In this document: piece by piece, positions 27,301-36,451 of the stretch | How positions within the stretch are numbered: the stretch's first letter is position 1 | How the letters are laid out: every line of letters starts with the position of its first letter | Assembly (NCBI GenBank): GCA_038065555.1 | Contig: JBBTQS010000004.1 | Location: 65 to 64,064, forward strand | DNA from: Patescibacteria group bacterium | GTDB taxonomy: Bacteria > Patescibacteriota > Patescibacteriia > Magasanikbacterales > JBBTQS01 | Direction of reading: 5' to 3' | DNA: 64,000 bases | Translations under genes and position numbers: made by a program | Notes under the pieces: generated by a model | What the model was told of the DNA's origin: nothing | Database searches by the model: none | The model's input: only the letters and a program-made list of their open reading frames with translations

Positions 27301-27870
27301 GTTCATGCTCACCTGCCCGTCGATCTCTGGATGATCTTGCAACTCGAGATAGAGATTGCCTTCACCAAAGATCTCGACATATTCACGTACTTCACGCTCC
27401 CAAATTGTCTGATCATCTGTAGAGCGGATCACCTGCGGGATAACACCATCCATGCAGCCAGTGAGCGCAATGAGATCGTGCGCATGCTCGCGCAGAATCG
27501 CTTTGTCGATGCGCGGCTTGCCATTGAGGAGTCCGTCAATCTGTCCGACGGAAATCAATTTCATGAGCGACTTATAACCTTCGTAATTTTTTGCCAAAAG
27601 CACAATATGATGGACCTTCACGTCAGTCCCCGCAGTCTCGCGCGTTGCGATGCCGTGCGGAGCCACGTAGAGTTCTGCCCCAATGATCGGCTTGATCCCG
27701 TCAGCGAGACACTTTTCATAAAAACTAATCGCTCCGTACAACGCATTGTAGTCCGTGAGCGCAATCGCCGAAAAACCCCGCTTTTTTGCGGTTTTGATGA
27801 GCTGTCCAATCTTCGGCAAACCGTCGAGCAGCGAGTAGTGTGAGTGGACGTGCAGGTGCGTGAACGCCAT
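24298..27870 (-). CDS. dnaE: DNA polymerase III alpha subunit
   Basis: FTHLHVHSHYSLLDG PHP domain, RGSAAGSLV, PDIDTDF, KMDFLG, YGFNKAH, OB-fold. Confidence 0.98.
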   Translation of the reverse strand: MAFTHLHVHSHYSLLDGLPKIGQLIKTAKKRGFSAIALTDYNALYGAISFYEKCLADGIKPIIGAELYVAPHGIATRETAGTDVKVHHIVLLAKNYEGYKSLMKLISVGQIDGLLNGKPRIDKAILREHAHDLIALTGCMDGVIPQVIRSTDDQTIWEREVREYVEIFGEGNLYLELQDHPEIDGQVSMNNTLVELGRRMNVPVVATRDVHYLNPEDSEAQDIVTCIRMGRQVSDPSRAKMLHVDRSLNDEADMRSRFGHVPEAIDNTQRIVDACNVEIPLGQWFFPPIPIPEGKTADQELEDQTWARLPALMELTDDVRARARYELDIIKTKGYAAYFLAVADYVQWARDNGIVETTRGSAAGSLVSYALNITTVDPLYFKLPFERFLNPERPSAPDIDTDFADDRRDEVHAYVTRKYGADKVAQILTFGTMAARAAARDAGRALGLSYNFCDQVAKLIPIGAQGFPMTIERALKEAPDLKKLFDANEDVQRLLTIAQKIEGNVRHTSIHAAGVVIAATTLTDFTPIQREVGGDKITTQYEMKSVEAAGLLKMDFLGIRNLSILGNAVQLIDQIHGEKIDIMKLPFDDKLTYEMLARGETMGVFQLSGSGMTRYLKDLRPSTIFDIMAMVALFRPGPMESIPEYIERKHGRKPVMYMDPRLEAVMDKSFGIMVYQDDVMLTAITLAHYSWLDADKLRKAMGKKIPEEMAQQKEKFVKGCVEYGGLTKEKTEEIWKLIEPFAAYGFNKAHAASYAVVAYQTAYLKAHYPVCYMAAVLTAETGDNDKIASIVAECRRMDIEVSAPHINESFEKFTVVSTGSDGTPMQIRFGLSAVKNVGEHICQVVIRERRENGPFTSLENLLDRVHDRDMNRKSLESLIKVGALDCFGYERGLLLSNIESIITFCKESAVRATTNQESLFFGSGMELATKVALAEAPAASDNERLGWEKELLGLYISGHPLTVYEKRIGRMLVSIPDVEAKEPGAWVTIAGIVRLMKKKITQKGKVMAFVTVEDVHGSMELLVFPKAYEGTEGLWVVGKIVAVMGRKGKEAGDNKLMVEKAYELTEETMDGVVAQLTGGVEVKPTYTRTAKKSTSDAPLPAPAEPEPYRAPEPPAPLPQAVITIPAEATPEMKSALKTFFANNLGDHQVVLEVGGQKVITGYRIMWDEATQVAVRALLTTSSPIPTQDQL

Positions 27871-27952
27871 AGCAACACCACCTTACCATCCGTTGACGAA
27901 AGTACACAATATGGTAGTGTTGGTGCGGCCAATCACGGCCATGAGGTGTTCA

Positions 27953-29056
27953 ATGTCTTATGAATTGTACCGTGCAGTAGCACCGCGCATCGACAACCTG
28001 GAGCAACGATTGCGAGTCGCGCAACTCCTGCTCACCGACGAGGAGCTCGCACAAGTGACCAGCGCGATCATCAACGAAGTCATCGAGGATGCAGTGGAGT
28101 GGTCTCTACCACAAGACCTCTTCACACCCGACATTCGCGAACGATTCGTGCGATCTCTGATCAGGCGCAAACAGATGAGCCTGGCTGCCGCAGCGATCGA
28201 CGAGGTACCGGAGACGCTGCAACGTACGCTCGCCCAAGAGATCTTCAACGGCTTTCTCGAAAAGGGTCTGAAGCCGCCCGAGAAGATCCTTACTCTCCTG
28301 GGCAAGAAGTCACTCACTGTAGATGAGCTCGCAGCGTGTGCGATGCACAGCCTCTGCGACAAGCGCAGTAGCCCTGACCAAAGTCTCATCGAGGAACTCC
28401 CCGACGCTCGTCGTCATGCGGTCTTCCTCGCAATCCTCGAGAAGTTCGAAGACAACCCCAGAGCGTTCCGTCCTGAGTCTGTGCTTCTGGCCCTGCAAGG
28501 CATCCCCGAGCAGAAGGTCCACGATGTTCACGTCGCAGCGCTACTACTGGAGCACAGCGGCGCGACAGACGTCCTCCCGGAGGTGTTCACTCCGTTCGTC
28601 TCCGAGGGGAAGTCCGAATACGAGGAACTGATCCGAGACTGCATGATCCGACAAATCAGTGAGATGGACGAACGTCGGCCCACCCCTGACGAAGCTCGAG
28701 CGTGGCTCGGTCGCGACTTCACTGATGTTGAGCTCTATACCTACACGTTCGGCGCTCTCAGAAATGCCCTACATTGGCGCGATCCTGACGACATCAGCGC
28801 GTCTCTACGTGTGACACAAGACGACCTGATGAGTGCCTTCAAATACCGTACCGAGGACGCCCGTGCTGAGTACATCATCGAGATTGTGGGTCGCGTGATC
28901 GAAGGACGCCAGAGTCCGAGTTTCGAGAACATCAGCATGAGCTTGATCCCTGCACAGCATCGCGCTCGTGCCCTCGTATGCTGGTTCTCAACTACGAATC
29001 GTTCTGGTAAACGCTCGATCAACCAGTTCAGAGACTTGTGTCTCAGCGCGCTGTAG
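27953..29056 (+). CDS. Hypothetical alpha-helical protein
   Basis: 367-aa ORF, GAGGT SD, promoter TTGACG-N16-TAGTGT, terminator 29091-29126. Confidence 0.7.
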   Translation: MSYELYRAVAPRIDNLEQRLRVAQLLLTDEELAQVTSAIINEVIEDAVEWSLPQDLFTPDIRERFVRSLIRRKQMSLAAAAIDEVPETLQRTLAQEIFNGFLEKGLKPPEKILTLLGKKSLTVDELAACAMHSLCDKRSSPDQSLIEELPDARRHAVFLAILEKFEDNPRAFRPESVLLALQGIPEQKVHDVHVAALLLEHSGATDVLPEVFTPFVSEGKSEYEELIRDCMIRQISEMDERRPTPDEARAWLGRDFTDVELYTYTFGALRNALHWRDPDDISASLRVTQDDLMSAFKYRTEDARAEYIIEIVGRVIEGRQSPSFENISMSLIPAQHRARALVCWFSTTNRSGKRSINQFRDLCLSAL

Positions 29057-29131
29057 CGCATAGCGGGTACACCGCAGCACACAGCAGAACAAGAACCCCG
29101 GCGCATGTCACATGCCCGAGGTTCTTCATTT

Positions 29132-29449
29132 CTATTTTCTTTTTTTGCGCGGCGGGTCGTTGTCAGCGTCTTCTTCATCCTCATCTCCCCCCTTATCACC
29201 CAGTCCCAAATATTGATTGATGTACTTCGACATGAAGTGCATTCCACCGCTCACGAAATCTAACTTCTCCTGAATGTAGTCGAGTGCCTTTACGATCGCG
29301 TGGACCTTGTCTCGGATTTCGGAGATGACCTCGTTGGCATTCTTCATGGTCATCGCGAAATAGTACAGCGCCCAGCACAAGAAGATAGTGAGCCACACCG
29401 AACAAAATGCGAGAACGATGTAGAGAATGTCTTTGCTGGTATCGAACAT
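29132..29449 (-). CDS. Small membrane protein with coiled coil
   Basis: N-terminal TM followed by amphipathic helix. Confidence 0.7.
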   Translation of the reverse strand: MFDTSKDILYIVLAFCSVWLTIFLCWALYYFAMTMKNANEVISEIRDKVHAIVKALDYIQEKLDFVSGGMHFMSKYINQYLGLGDKGGDEDEEDADNDPPRKKRK

Positions 29450-29454
29450 AGATT

Positions 29455-29925
29455 CTAGCGCAGTGAAGTAGTGTCATCCATGCCCGGGAGACGTGAATGG
29501 GTTGCGCTATAGAGCGCAGCCACATGATCATGCATTGCTTCCATCTGATCAATATGGAATTCCTCTGCAGCCCAATCTGCGTGAGCTCTCCCAGCCTCTT
29601 CCTGCTTCTGACGCTGATGTGCGGCTGCTTCGTCTACCCACGTCTTGCTTGCAGATTCTCGATGCTCCGAGGCGCGTCGTCCAGCAGTATTTCGAACGAA
29701 ATCCGTTACACGCAATCGTGCGCGTTCTACGGCTTCTTCCTCGTGGCGCTTCGAGCGCGCGGTTCGATCTGCATGCTCAAGTGCACGAATCTTGCCCTCA
29801 ACCTCAGCACCGCCGCCACGAATACTCTTCGACGTATCTGGTGCATCGGCCCGCGTCACCATGTCTTTGCCGCGTGGACCGCGTAGATGCATTTCAGGAT
29901 TGGTTGGAGCAGCTCGTCGTGCCAT
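29455..29925 (-). CDS. Hypothetical charged helical protein
   Basis: Fills gap between pheT and next gene on same strand. Confidence 0.55.
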   Translation of the reverse strand: MARRAAPTNPEMHLRGPRGKDMVTRADAPDTSKSIRGGGAEVEGKIRALEHADRTARSKRHEEEAVERARLRVTDFVRNTAGRRASEHRESASKTWVDEAAAHQRQKQEEAGRAHADWAAEEFHIDQMEAMHDHVAALYSATHSRLPGMDDTTSLR

Positions 29926-29988
29926 ACAGAACAAAAAATAAAGAAGCTATGGTAGCAGTATACCACAGCCTCTTCGCACGAGAAATAT

Positions 29989-32436
29989 TTATGCACGAAT
30001 CGCCGCATCACATTCACGCGCCAACGCCTCCGTAATACGCGCAAGTGCCGCGTCTACTTCTGCCGACGTCAGTGTACGCGTCACATCCATGAACTCGAGA
30101 TGGAACGCGAGACTCTTGTGGTGCGTCTGCACATGTTCACCACGATACACGTCAAACCCTTCAACGTGCGTGAGCAGTGGATCTGCCTCGCGCATCACAC
30201 GCGTCACATGTTCGTAATGCACATGTTCTGGTACCACCATTGCGAGATCACGCTTTACACTCGGGTAGAGTGACAATGGATGATACTTGGACTGCGCAGT
30301 GATATGTGGCACAAGCGCGGTAATATCAATCTCGAAGAACCCCACACGATCGCGCAATCCCAACCGATCCATATAGCGAGGATGGAGTTCACTCACTTCG
30401 CCAACCACCACATCCCCTACACGGATACTCACACTGCGACCAGGATGCATCCAGTTGGTGAGCTGCTCCGTGCCACGCAGCGTGACATCTACACCCAACG
30501 TCTGGAGAACGTGCACCGCGGCGTCACGTGCTGCAGTGAACGGTACGGAGTCGCCACGCATTGCAACAACGCCAGTAACAAAGACGTGCTGCTGTGGAAG
30601 ATACTCCCCCGAATGTAATCGTGTCTGCTCACCTTGCAACTCTGCTCGGAAATTCTTGCCGATTTCAAACCGCATCACGCGCTCGCTCGAGCGCAACTCC
30701 TGACTCACTTGCACCAACATGTTCGGTAACAACGAACGACGCAAATGCGTCTGCTCACGAGACAACGGATTGGCCACAGCTACATGCGCACTTGGATCCA
30801 AATCCATTTTTTGCAATGTCTCAAGGCTTGTGAATGAATACGTCTGTGTCTCCGTGAATGCGCGACCTAGCGCCAATGCTTCGCGCACGCGCATCATCGC
30901 CTCGCGCTCGCCGTTGCGCGGCGCTGGAGCAATCGACATGCGTGGATACTGCTCCGGAATCTGATCATAGCCATACATGCGTGCGACTTCTTCGATCAAG
31001 TCCTCTTCGATCGAAATGTCCTTCGTCGCACGCCACGATGGAACCACTACAACAAATCCTGTCTTCTTGGTTTTTTTCAGCACGAATCCAAGGGATTGGA
31101 GAATGGATCCCACACGTGCCATAGGAATCTCCACTCCCATACGCTCACGCAAGAACCCCATATGGAGTTCGAGCGGTTTGGTGAGCATTGACTTCTTCCA
31201 CGAACTACCCTCGTCAACAACAGGACTTGCAACCGTGGATCCTGGTACCAACTCGAGAATGAGCTGCACAACGCGTGCAATGGCCCGCGATGGCATGGTT
31301 GGATCCAACGTCTTCTCGAATCGCGCACTCGCGTCAGTACGCAGATCGAGCGCAGTCGCAGCCTTGCGCGTAACGAGCGGATCAAACCACGCAGCTTCAA
31401 TAATAATCTGCGTCGTGTCCTCTACTACCATCGAATCCTTGCACCCCATGATACCAGCAAGTGCGAGAACATGGTTCTTGTCTGCGATCACACCAATACC
31501 TGCTGGCAACGTGCGCTCTACTCCATCGAGTGTGACACATTTCTCATCCACACGACTCTTGCGCACAATAATCCGACTATCCTGAATCGCACGTGCATCA
31601 AATGCGTGCATTGGCTGACCCATTTCGTACATCACGTAATTGGTGCAGTCGACAATGACGTTGATCGGACGCACACCAACAGATTCGAGGCGTCGCGCCA
31701 TCCACTCCGGCGACGGACCAACCTTGATATTGTTCATGGCCACACCGACCCAACGACGGCACACGTCACTTGCTTCGATTTTTGCATGGAGCGCAATCTC
31801 CTTCTTGTTCACTTCTACTTCTGGTGTCTCTGGCACATGCATCTTGCGTCCAAGAATGGCTCCGAGCTCGCGCGCAACACCAATATGTCCCCAACAATCC
31901 GGACGATTCGTGATCGCTTTGTTATCTACTTCAATGAAGGTGTCATTCATGCCAAATGCTTCTGCAAGTGGCGTACCCGCAGGGACCTTCAACGACGAGA
32001 GGTCCATGATTTCCTTCTCCGCCTCCTGACCTGTCGCGCGCCCAATCTCACTTGCAGCACAAATCATTCCTTCGGATTTCACTCCGCGGATCTCCGTGTC
32101 AGTGAGCGTGATGAGCTCGCCCTCACCATGCCACTTCACGCGACTGCCCGAGAGTGCAAGCGCCACGCGCTGACCAACAGCGAGATTCGATCCACCGCAA
32201 ACAATCTGGAGTGTGTTCTCACCAGCATCTACACTACAGACACGCAACTTATCCGCATTCGCATGAGGCTTGACCTCACGAATAATACCGACAACCATAC
32301 GATCAAACATCTCACCCTGCCGCGTAATGCGCTCGATCTCAAAACTATGCAACGTCAGATCACGCTGGATTTGTTCCGGCGTTACCTCCTTGGGAATGTC
32401 GACGTATTCGCGCAACCACGCTAGAGAAATGTGCAT
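29989..32436 (-). CDS. pheT: Phenylalanine-tRNA ligase beta subunit
   Basis: HANADKL, IVCG, SEGMIC, NRPDC, GQPMHAFD, DLIEEVARMYGY, FDVYRG. Confidence 0.98.
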   Translation of the reverse strand: MHISLAWLREYVDIPKEVTPEQIQRDLTLHSFEIERITRQGEMFDRMVVGIIREVKPHANADKLRVCSVDAGENTLQIVCGGSNLAVGQRVALALSGSRVKWHGEGELITLTDTEIRGVKSEGMICAASEIGRATGQEAEKEIMDLSSLKVPAGTPLAEAFGMNDTFIEVDNKAITNRPDCWGHIGVARELGAILGRKMHVPETPEVEVNKKEIALHAKIEASDVCRRWVGVAMNNIKVGPSPEWMARRLESVGVRPINVIVDCTNYVMYEMGQPMHAFDARAIQDSRIIVRKSRVDEKCVTLDGVERTLPAGIGVIADKNHVLALAGIMGCKDSMVVEDTTQIIIEAAWFDPLVTRKAATALDLRTDASARFEKTLDPTMPSRAIARVVQLILELVPGSTVASPVVDEGSSWKKSMLTKPLELHMGFLRERMGVEIPMARVGSILQSLGFVLKKTKKTGFVVVVPSWRATKDISIEEDLIEEVARMYGYDQIPEQYPRMSIAPAPRNGEREAMMRVREALALGRAFTETQTYSFTSLETLQKMDLDPSAHVAVANPLSREQTHLRRSLLPNMLVQVSQELRSSERVMRFEIGKNFRAELQGEQTRLHSGEYLPQQHVFVTGVVAMRGDSVPFTAARDAAVHVLQTLGVDVTLRGTEQLTNWMHPGRSVSIRVGDVVVGEVSELHPRYMDRLGLRDRVGFFEIDITALVPHITAQSKYHPLSLYPSVKRDLAMVVPEHVHYEHVTRVMREADPLLTHVEGFDVYRGEHVQTHHKSLAFHLEFMDVTRTLTSAEVDAALARITEALARECDAAIRA

Positions 32437-32437
32437 A

Positions 32438-33466
32438 TTAAAACTGCTTCAAAAATCGTTCCTCACCGCTCATGAGTAACCGGATATCTTCAATACCGTA
32501 GCGCATCATCACCAGACGAGTGAGTCCCATACCAAAGGCGATACCACTCCACTGTCGCGGATCAAGTCCTGCTTCTTTGAGAACGCGTGGGTGCACGAGT
32601 CCGCAACCGAGCAATTCAACCCACCCACTTCGCTTGCACACCGCGCAACCACGACCCATACACAACAAACAACTCATATCCATTTCAAATCCCGGTTCTA
32701 CGAACGGGAAATACCCCGGGCGCAACCGCACTTCAATATCTTTGTGGAACAACCCGCGCAACAGAGATTTGATCACGCCGACGAGGTGGCCAATGGTGAG
32801 ACCCTTATCAACAACGAGTGCTTCGAACTGATAGAACGTATGCTCGTGACTTGCATCAGTTGCTTCGTTGCGAAACACGCGTCCAGGATATGCCACGCGC
32901 AATGGCGCGCCATACTGCTGCAACAATCGAACCTGCATGTTAGACACATGCGAGCGCATGCACCAATCAGGATGCCCTTCAATATAGAAGGTATCCTGCG
33001 CATCACGCGCCGGATGCGTCTTCGGAATGTTGAGTGATTCGAATGTGTAGTAATCCGTATCCAACTCTGGTCCATCTACGACCATGAATCCCATACTTGC
33101 CGCAACTTCCTCGAGATCTCGCTGCACGAGCGTATTAGGATGCAAATGCCCAGCTTCGCGCGCAGGGAAAAATGGCTGCGTCGTATCAATGCGCTCGCTC
33201 TCCTTGATCGAATCCCACTGCGCATCTTGTAGCTCACGCTCTCGATGTTCGAGCGCGCGCTCAATCCCAGATTTCACTTCATTGAATGCAATACCTGCAG
33301 CCTTACGCTCTTCCGGCGACAAACTCGCGAGATCCTGCTGTGCTGCTGCGAGCTTGCCTTTGCGACCAAGATACGCGAGGCGCACTGCGGCGATCGCGTC
33401 GAGATTGGCAGCATTGGTGATGTCACGGTGGGCGTCTTTTTGTAATTGCTCGCTATCTTGTTGCAT
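32438..33466 (-). CDS. pheS: Phenylalanine-tRNA ligase alpha subunit
   Basis: HPARDAQDTFY, GRVFRNE, RPGYFPFVEP, AFGMG. Confidence 0.98.
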   Translation of the reverse strand: MQQDSEQLQKDAHRDITNAANLDAIAAVRLAYLGRKGKLAAAQQDLASLSPEERKAAGIAFNEVKSGIERALEHRERELQDAQWDSIKESERIDTTQPFFPAREAGHLHPNTLVQRDLEEVAASMGFMVVDGPELDTDYYTFESLNIPKTHPARDAQDTFYIEGHPDWCMRSHVSNMQVRLLQQYGAPLRVAYPGRVFRNEATDASHEHTFYQFEALVVDKGLTIGHLVGVIKSLLRGLFHKDIEVRLRPGYFPFVEPGFEMDMSCLLCMGRGCAVCKRSGWVELLGCGLVHPRVLKEAGLDPRQWSGIAFGMGLTRLVMMRYGIEDIRLLMSGEERFLKQF

Positions 33467-33475
33467 ACTTTTGCC

Positions 33476-34564
33476 CTAAAAAAGTCGAATAATATCACGA
33501 TACGTTACAAGGGCAATGATGGCAAGGAGGATCAGGAAGCCAATCGCATGCGCCAAATTCTCCGTATTTGCATGCACTTTGCGCCCGCGACGCAGCTTCT
33601 CAATGATGATGAAGAGAATTCGACCACCATCAAGCGCAGGAATTGGCAAAATATTGATGAATGCGAGGCTCACCGAGAGGAATCCCATCAGGTACAAAAG
33701 TGGCACAAATCCCGATCGCGCAATCTCACCAGTGAACACCGCAATTCCCACAGGTCCTGACACGCCGTCAGCTGCTCCTGGTACGCGCGCGATGAGTCCT
33801 GAGATCAAACTCCCGAATCCAAGCACCGTGTCACGCAACGACGTCCACGTATCACGAACACCAATCCATGGAGTGATGTACCACGGGTACGAAATTGTTC
33901 CCACGTCAACAATGACAACACCGATACCGCGAGTCGTTGGTGAAACAGTGTCCAACAGTTCGGGACGCAATGTCACTGTGCGCTGCACACCCTCGTGCTC
34001 CACAATGAGCTGCTGATCCTCACCACTGTGAAATGCGTTTTGCATGGCCGCGACAGTGAGCGACGATGTCGTGATACCATTCACACCACGAATGATATCT
34101 CCTGCAACAATACCAGCTCCTGCCGCAGGCAACCCGTCACGTACACCAAGAACTTGCACGCGCTGATTTTCTACCACAGCATACGATGACAAATCACTCG
34201 GCACCTCACGCTCCATCCCCACACCTGCCACAATCGCAAACAACACAATCGCAACAACCAAATTCATGATGACGCCCGCAGCAATGATGCCCAGACGCCA
34301 CAATGCTGATTTGTGTTGGAAGCTGTGTGGATCAGCATGCGTATCCTCTCCACCTTCACCATGAATACGCACGAATCCGCCAAGCGGCAACAAATTGATG
34401 GTATAGAGCGTGTCTCCCCGCTTCCACCCCCACAACCGCGGAGGGAATCCAAATCCAAATTCATCAACTTTGCACCCCGCACGGCGCGCCATGAAGAAAT
34501 GACCCCACTCATGTGCGAGCACAAGCACCGCAAGCACCGCAACAAAAATCAATATTGTAATCAT
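33476..34564 (-). CDS. rseP: RseP-family site-2 metalloprotease with PDZ domain
   Basis: AHEWGHF, PLGGFV, SGPVGI, NILPIPALDGG. Confidence 0.95.
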   Translation of the reverse strand: MITILIFVAVLAVLVLAHEWGHFFMARRAGCKVDEFGFGFPPRLWGWKRGDTLYTINLLPLGGFVRIHGEGGEDTHADPHSFQHKSALWRLGIIAAGVIMNLVVAIVLFAIVAGVGMEREVPSDLSSYAVVENQRVQVLGVRDGLPAAGAGIVAGDIIRGVNGITTSSLTVAAMQNAFHSGEDQQLIVEHEGVQRTVTLRPELLDTVSPTTRGIGVVIVDVGTISYPWYITPWIGVRDTWTSLRDTVLGFGSLISGLIARVPGAADGVSGPVGIAVFTGEIARSGFVPLLYLMGFLSVSLAFINILPIPALDGGRILFIIIEKLRRGRKVHANTENLAHAIGFLILLAIIALVTYRDIIRLF

Positions 34565-34665
34565 ATCGGTTGACACTAGTCATTCCCCATGATACGCTAG
34601 GCCATCGTCATTTGGGAAGTTCCCACATGACGACACACCACTCTTGCGCTGTTGGAGGACAGAGC

Positions 34666-35100
34666 ATGTACGAGATTTCGGACTGGCTGTTGGCCATCGC
34701 AGCGTACGTCTTGCTCGCATACTTCACTATGAGGCCAATCGATCTTAGCGAAGCGTTTCGAGAAAAGCGGCAACAAAACAATGGCCCTGAGCTCAAGGAC
34801 GTCAGACTGACGTGCGAACCCATCGTCAAACAATGCATTCCTGACTCGCATCTTCGACAACACATTCTGTATTCCTGCCTGGAAAGTCTCGTGACAGAAT
34901 ACGAGGTTCCGCCACCGACTGCGTTGCGCAAAGTCCAGGCATACGTGTCAGACTGCGCCCGCACCCCGTGTGTCGTTGGAATGGGTACGCAGTACAGTCT
35001 CACTGTATACATTAATACATGCGAAATCGATGCTGAAATCGGATTGATCACGGAGGACTCGGACCCACTCCACTACGACATCATCATCGTCAACCCCTAA
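34666..35100 (+). CDS. Hypothetical membrane-anchored protein
   Basis: GGAGG SD, N-terminal TM, promoter TTGACA-N17-TACGCT (34570-34598), terminator 35106-35129. Confidence 0.65.
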   Translation: MYEISDWLLAIAAYVLLAYFTMRPIDLSEAFREKRQQNNGPELKDVRLTCEPIVKQCIPDSHLRQHILYSCLESLVTEYEVPPPTALRKVQAYVSDCARTPCVVGMGTQYSLTVYINTCEIDAEIGLITEDSDPLHYDIIIVNP

Positions 35101-35137
35101 CGCACAAGCGCCCCGTCACCGGAGCGCTTCGCTGTTT

Positions 35138-36451
35138 TTATTTCTGTTTTTTCACGAGCTCTACGAACCAATCACCACGCTTGAACTCATTGATGCGCGG
35201 GAGCCAGGTGAGACCCGGAGAGAAGAGAACAACATCCCCGTCATGTGCAACAGATGCTGCGTGCGCAACTGCTTCGGGCAAATCAGCAACGTCGACACCC
35301 TTGGGAAGTCCATCGTTGGCATTCCCAGGAACACGAATAATCGTATGCGCCCGCGCACGCATCACACGCGCAAGTGCGGCGAGATCTGAACCCTTGGAAT
35401 TACCACCTGTGATGAGATGTACGCGCGTATCAGGAAATGCAGCGAGCGCCGCCATCGTTGCTTCAGGCGACGTTGCAGTCGAGTCATTGTACCAACGCAC
35501 ACCACGACGCGAGCGAATGAGCTCGAGACGATAGGGCACACCTCGAAATGCGCGAATTGCAGCACGGATATTCTTGTCGCTCACTCCTGCAGCACGCGCT
35601 GCAATTGTCGCTGCCATGACATTGCCAATATTGTGCTGGCCGATCAATCGTGACGCGCTGATTTCGCGTTCGAACGCATGCTGATCACGTTTTGCAGAAT
35701 ACCGATACGTGTGTGCACTGCCCAGAGACTCTTGCGCTCGCACCGTAGCATCGTCAGCATTCACCACCTTCACATCTCCTTCGAGTTGATACCGAAAAAT
35801 ATTTCGCTTGTCATCAATATACGCCTCGAGCGAATCGTACTTGTTGAGATGATCTGGATAGAGTGTTGTCCAGACACTAATATGTGGCGAAGCCTTGAGA
35901 TCCGCAAAATCGTGGAGCATAAAACTCGACAACTCGAGCACCACAGGCGCGTCCGCTCGCAACTTCGTAATGAATGTGAGTGGTGACACGCCAACATTAC
36001 CGCCCATCATTGCTCCAGGGAATTCACGCGCAAGCATCGCATGAATGAGGTGCGTCGTTGTTGTCTTGCCACGCGTTCCTGTGACTCCAATCACCCGCTC
36101 CATCCCCACGAGTTTGAGAAAAAGCGTGACATCATTGTCAACAGGAATTCCTTTCTTGCGCGCCATCGCAATGAATGGACTTGATGCCGGCACATCCGGA
36201 TTGCGCACGACCCAATCTGTGTCCGTGAAATCTCGCGCATCATGACCACCCAACCGCAACGTAATATTCTTGTATTTTGCCAATCGTTTGAGTGGTGCCG
36301 CGAGTGCGACAGCATCCTTCATGTCAGTAATGATGAGGCGCTTCACTCTTGGAGCAAGGAAGAGCGCGGCAGAGATACCACTCCCCTTTGCAAATCCTCC
36401 CAATCCCATCAGCGTGACAGTTTTGCCCGCAAAAATATTTTCTACGCGCAT
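35138..36451 (-). CDS. murD: UDP-MurNAc-L-Ala:D-Glu ligase
   Basis: MGLG, VTGTRGKTTT, LELSSF, PDHL, YRLE, YNDSTAT, LFSPG. Confidence 0.88.
   Translation of the reverse strand: MRVENIFAGKTVTLMGLGGFAKGSGISAALFLAPRVKRLIITDMKDAVALAAPLKRLAKYKNITLRLGGHDARDFTDTDWVVRNPDVPASSPFIAMARKKGIPVDNDVTLFLKLVGMERVIGVTGTRGKTTTTHLIHAMLAREFPGAMMGGNVGVSPLTFITKLRADAPVVLELSSFMLHDFADLKASPHISVWTTLYPDHLNKYDSLEAYIDDKRNIFRYQLEGDVKVVNADDATVRAQESLGSAHTYRYSAKRDQHAFEREISASRLIGQHNIGNVMAATIAARAAGVSDKNIRAAIRAFRGVPYRLELIRSRRGVRWYNDSTATSPEATMAALAAFPDTRVHLITGGNSKGSDLAALARVMRARAHTIIRVPGNANDGLPKGVDVADLPEAVAHAASVAHDGDVVLFSPGLTWLPRINEFKRGDWFVELVKKQK

Noticed and set aside
26143-27843. 566-aa ORF on + strand, and similar long antisense ORFs (21554-22939, 31471-32424, 54443-55282)
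   Set aside because: Shadow frames opposite well-supported genes (dnaE, carbonic anhydrase, pheT, typA) with no recognisable motifs
24298-27870. Intein or intron in dnaE
   Set aside because: Length and motif order are those of an uninterrupted DnaE; no splice motifs seen
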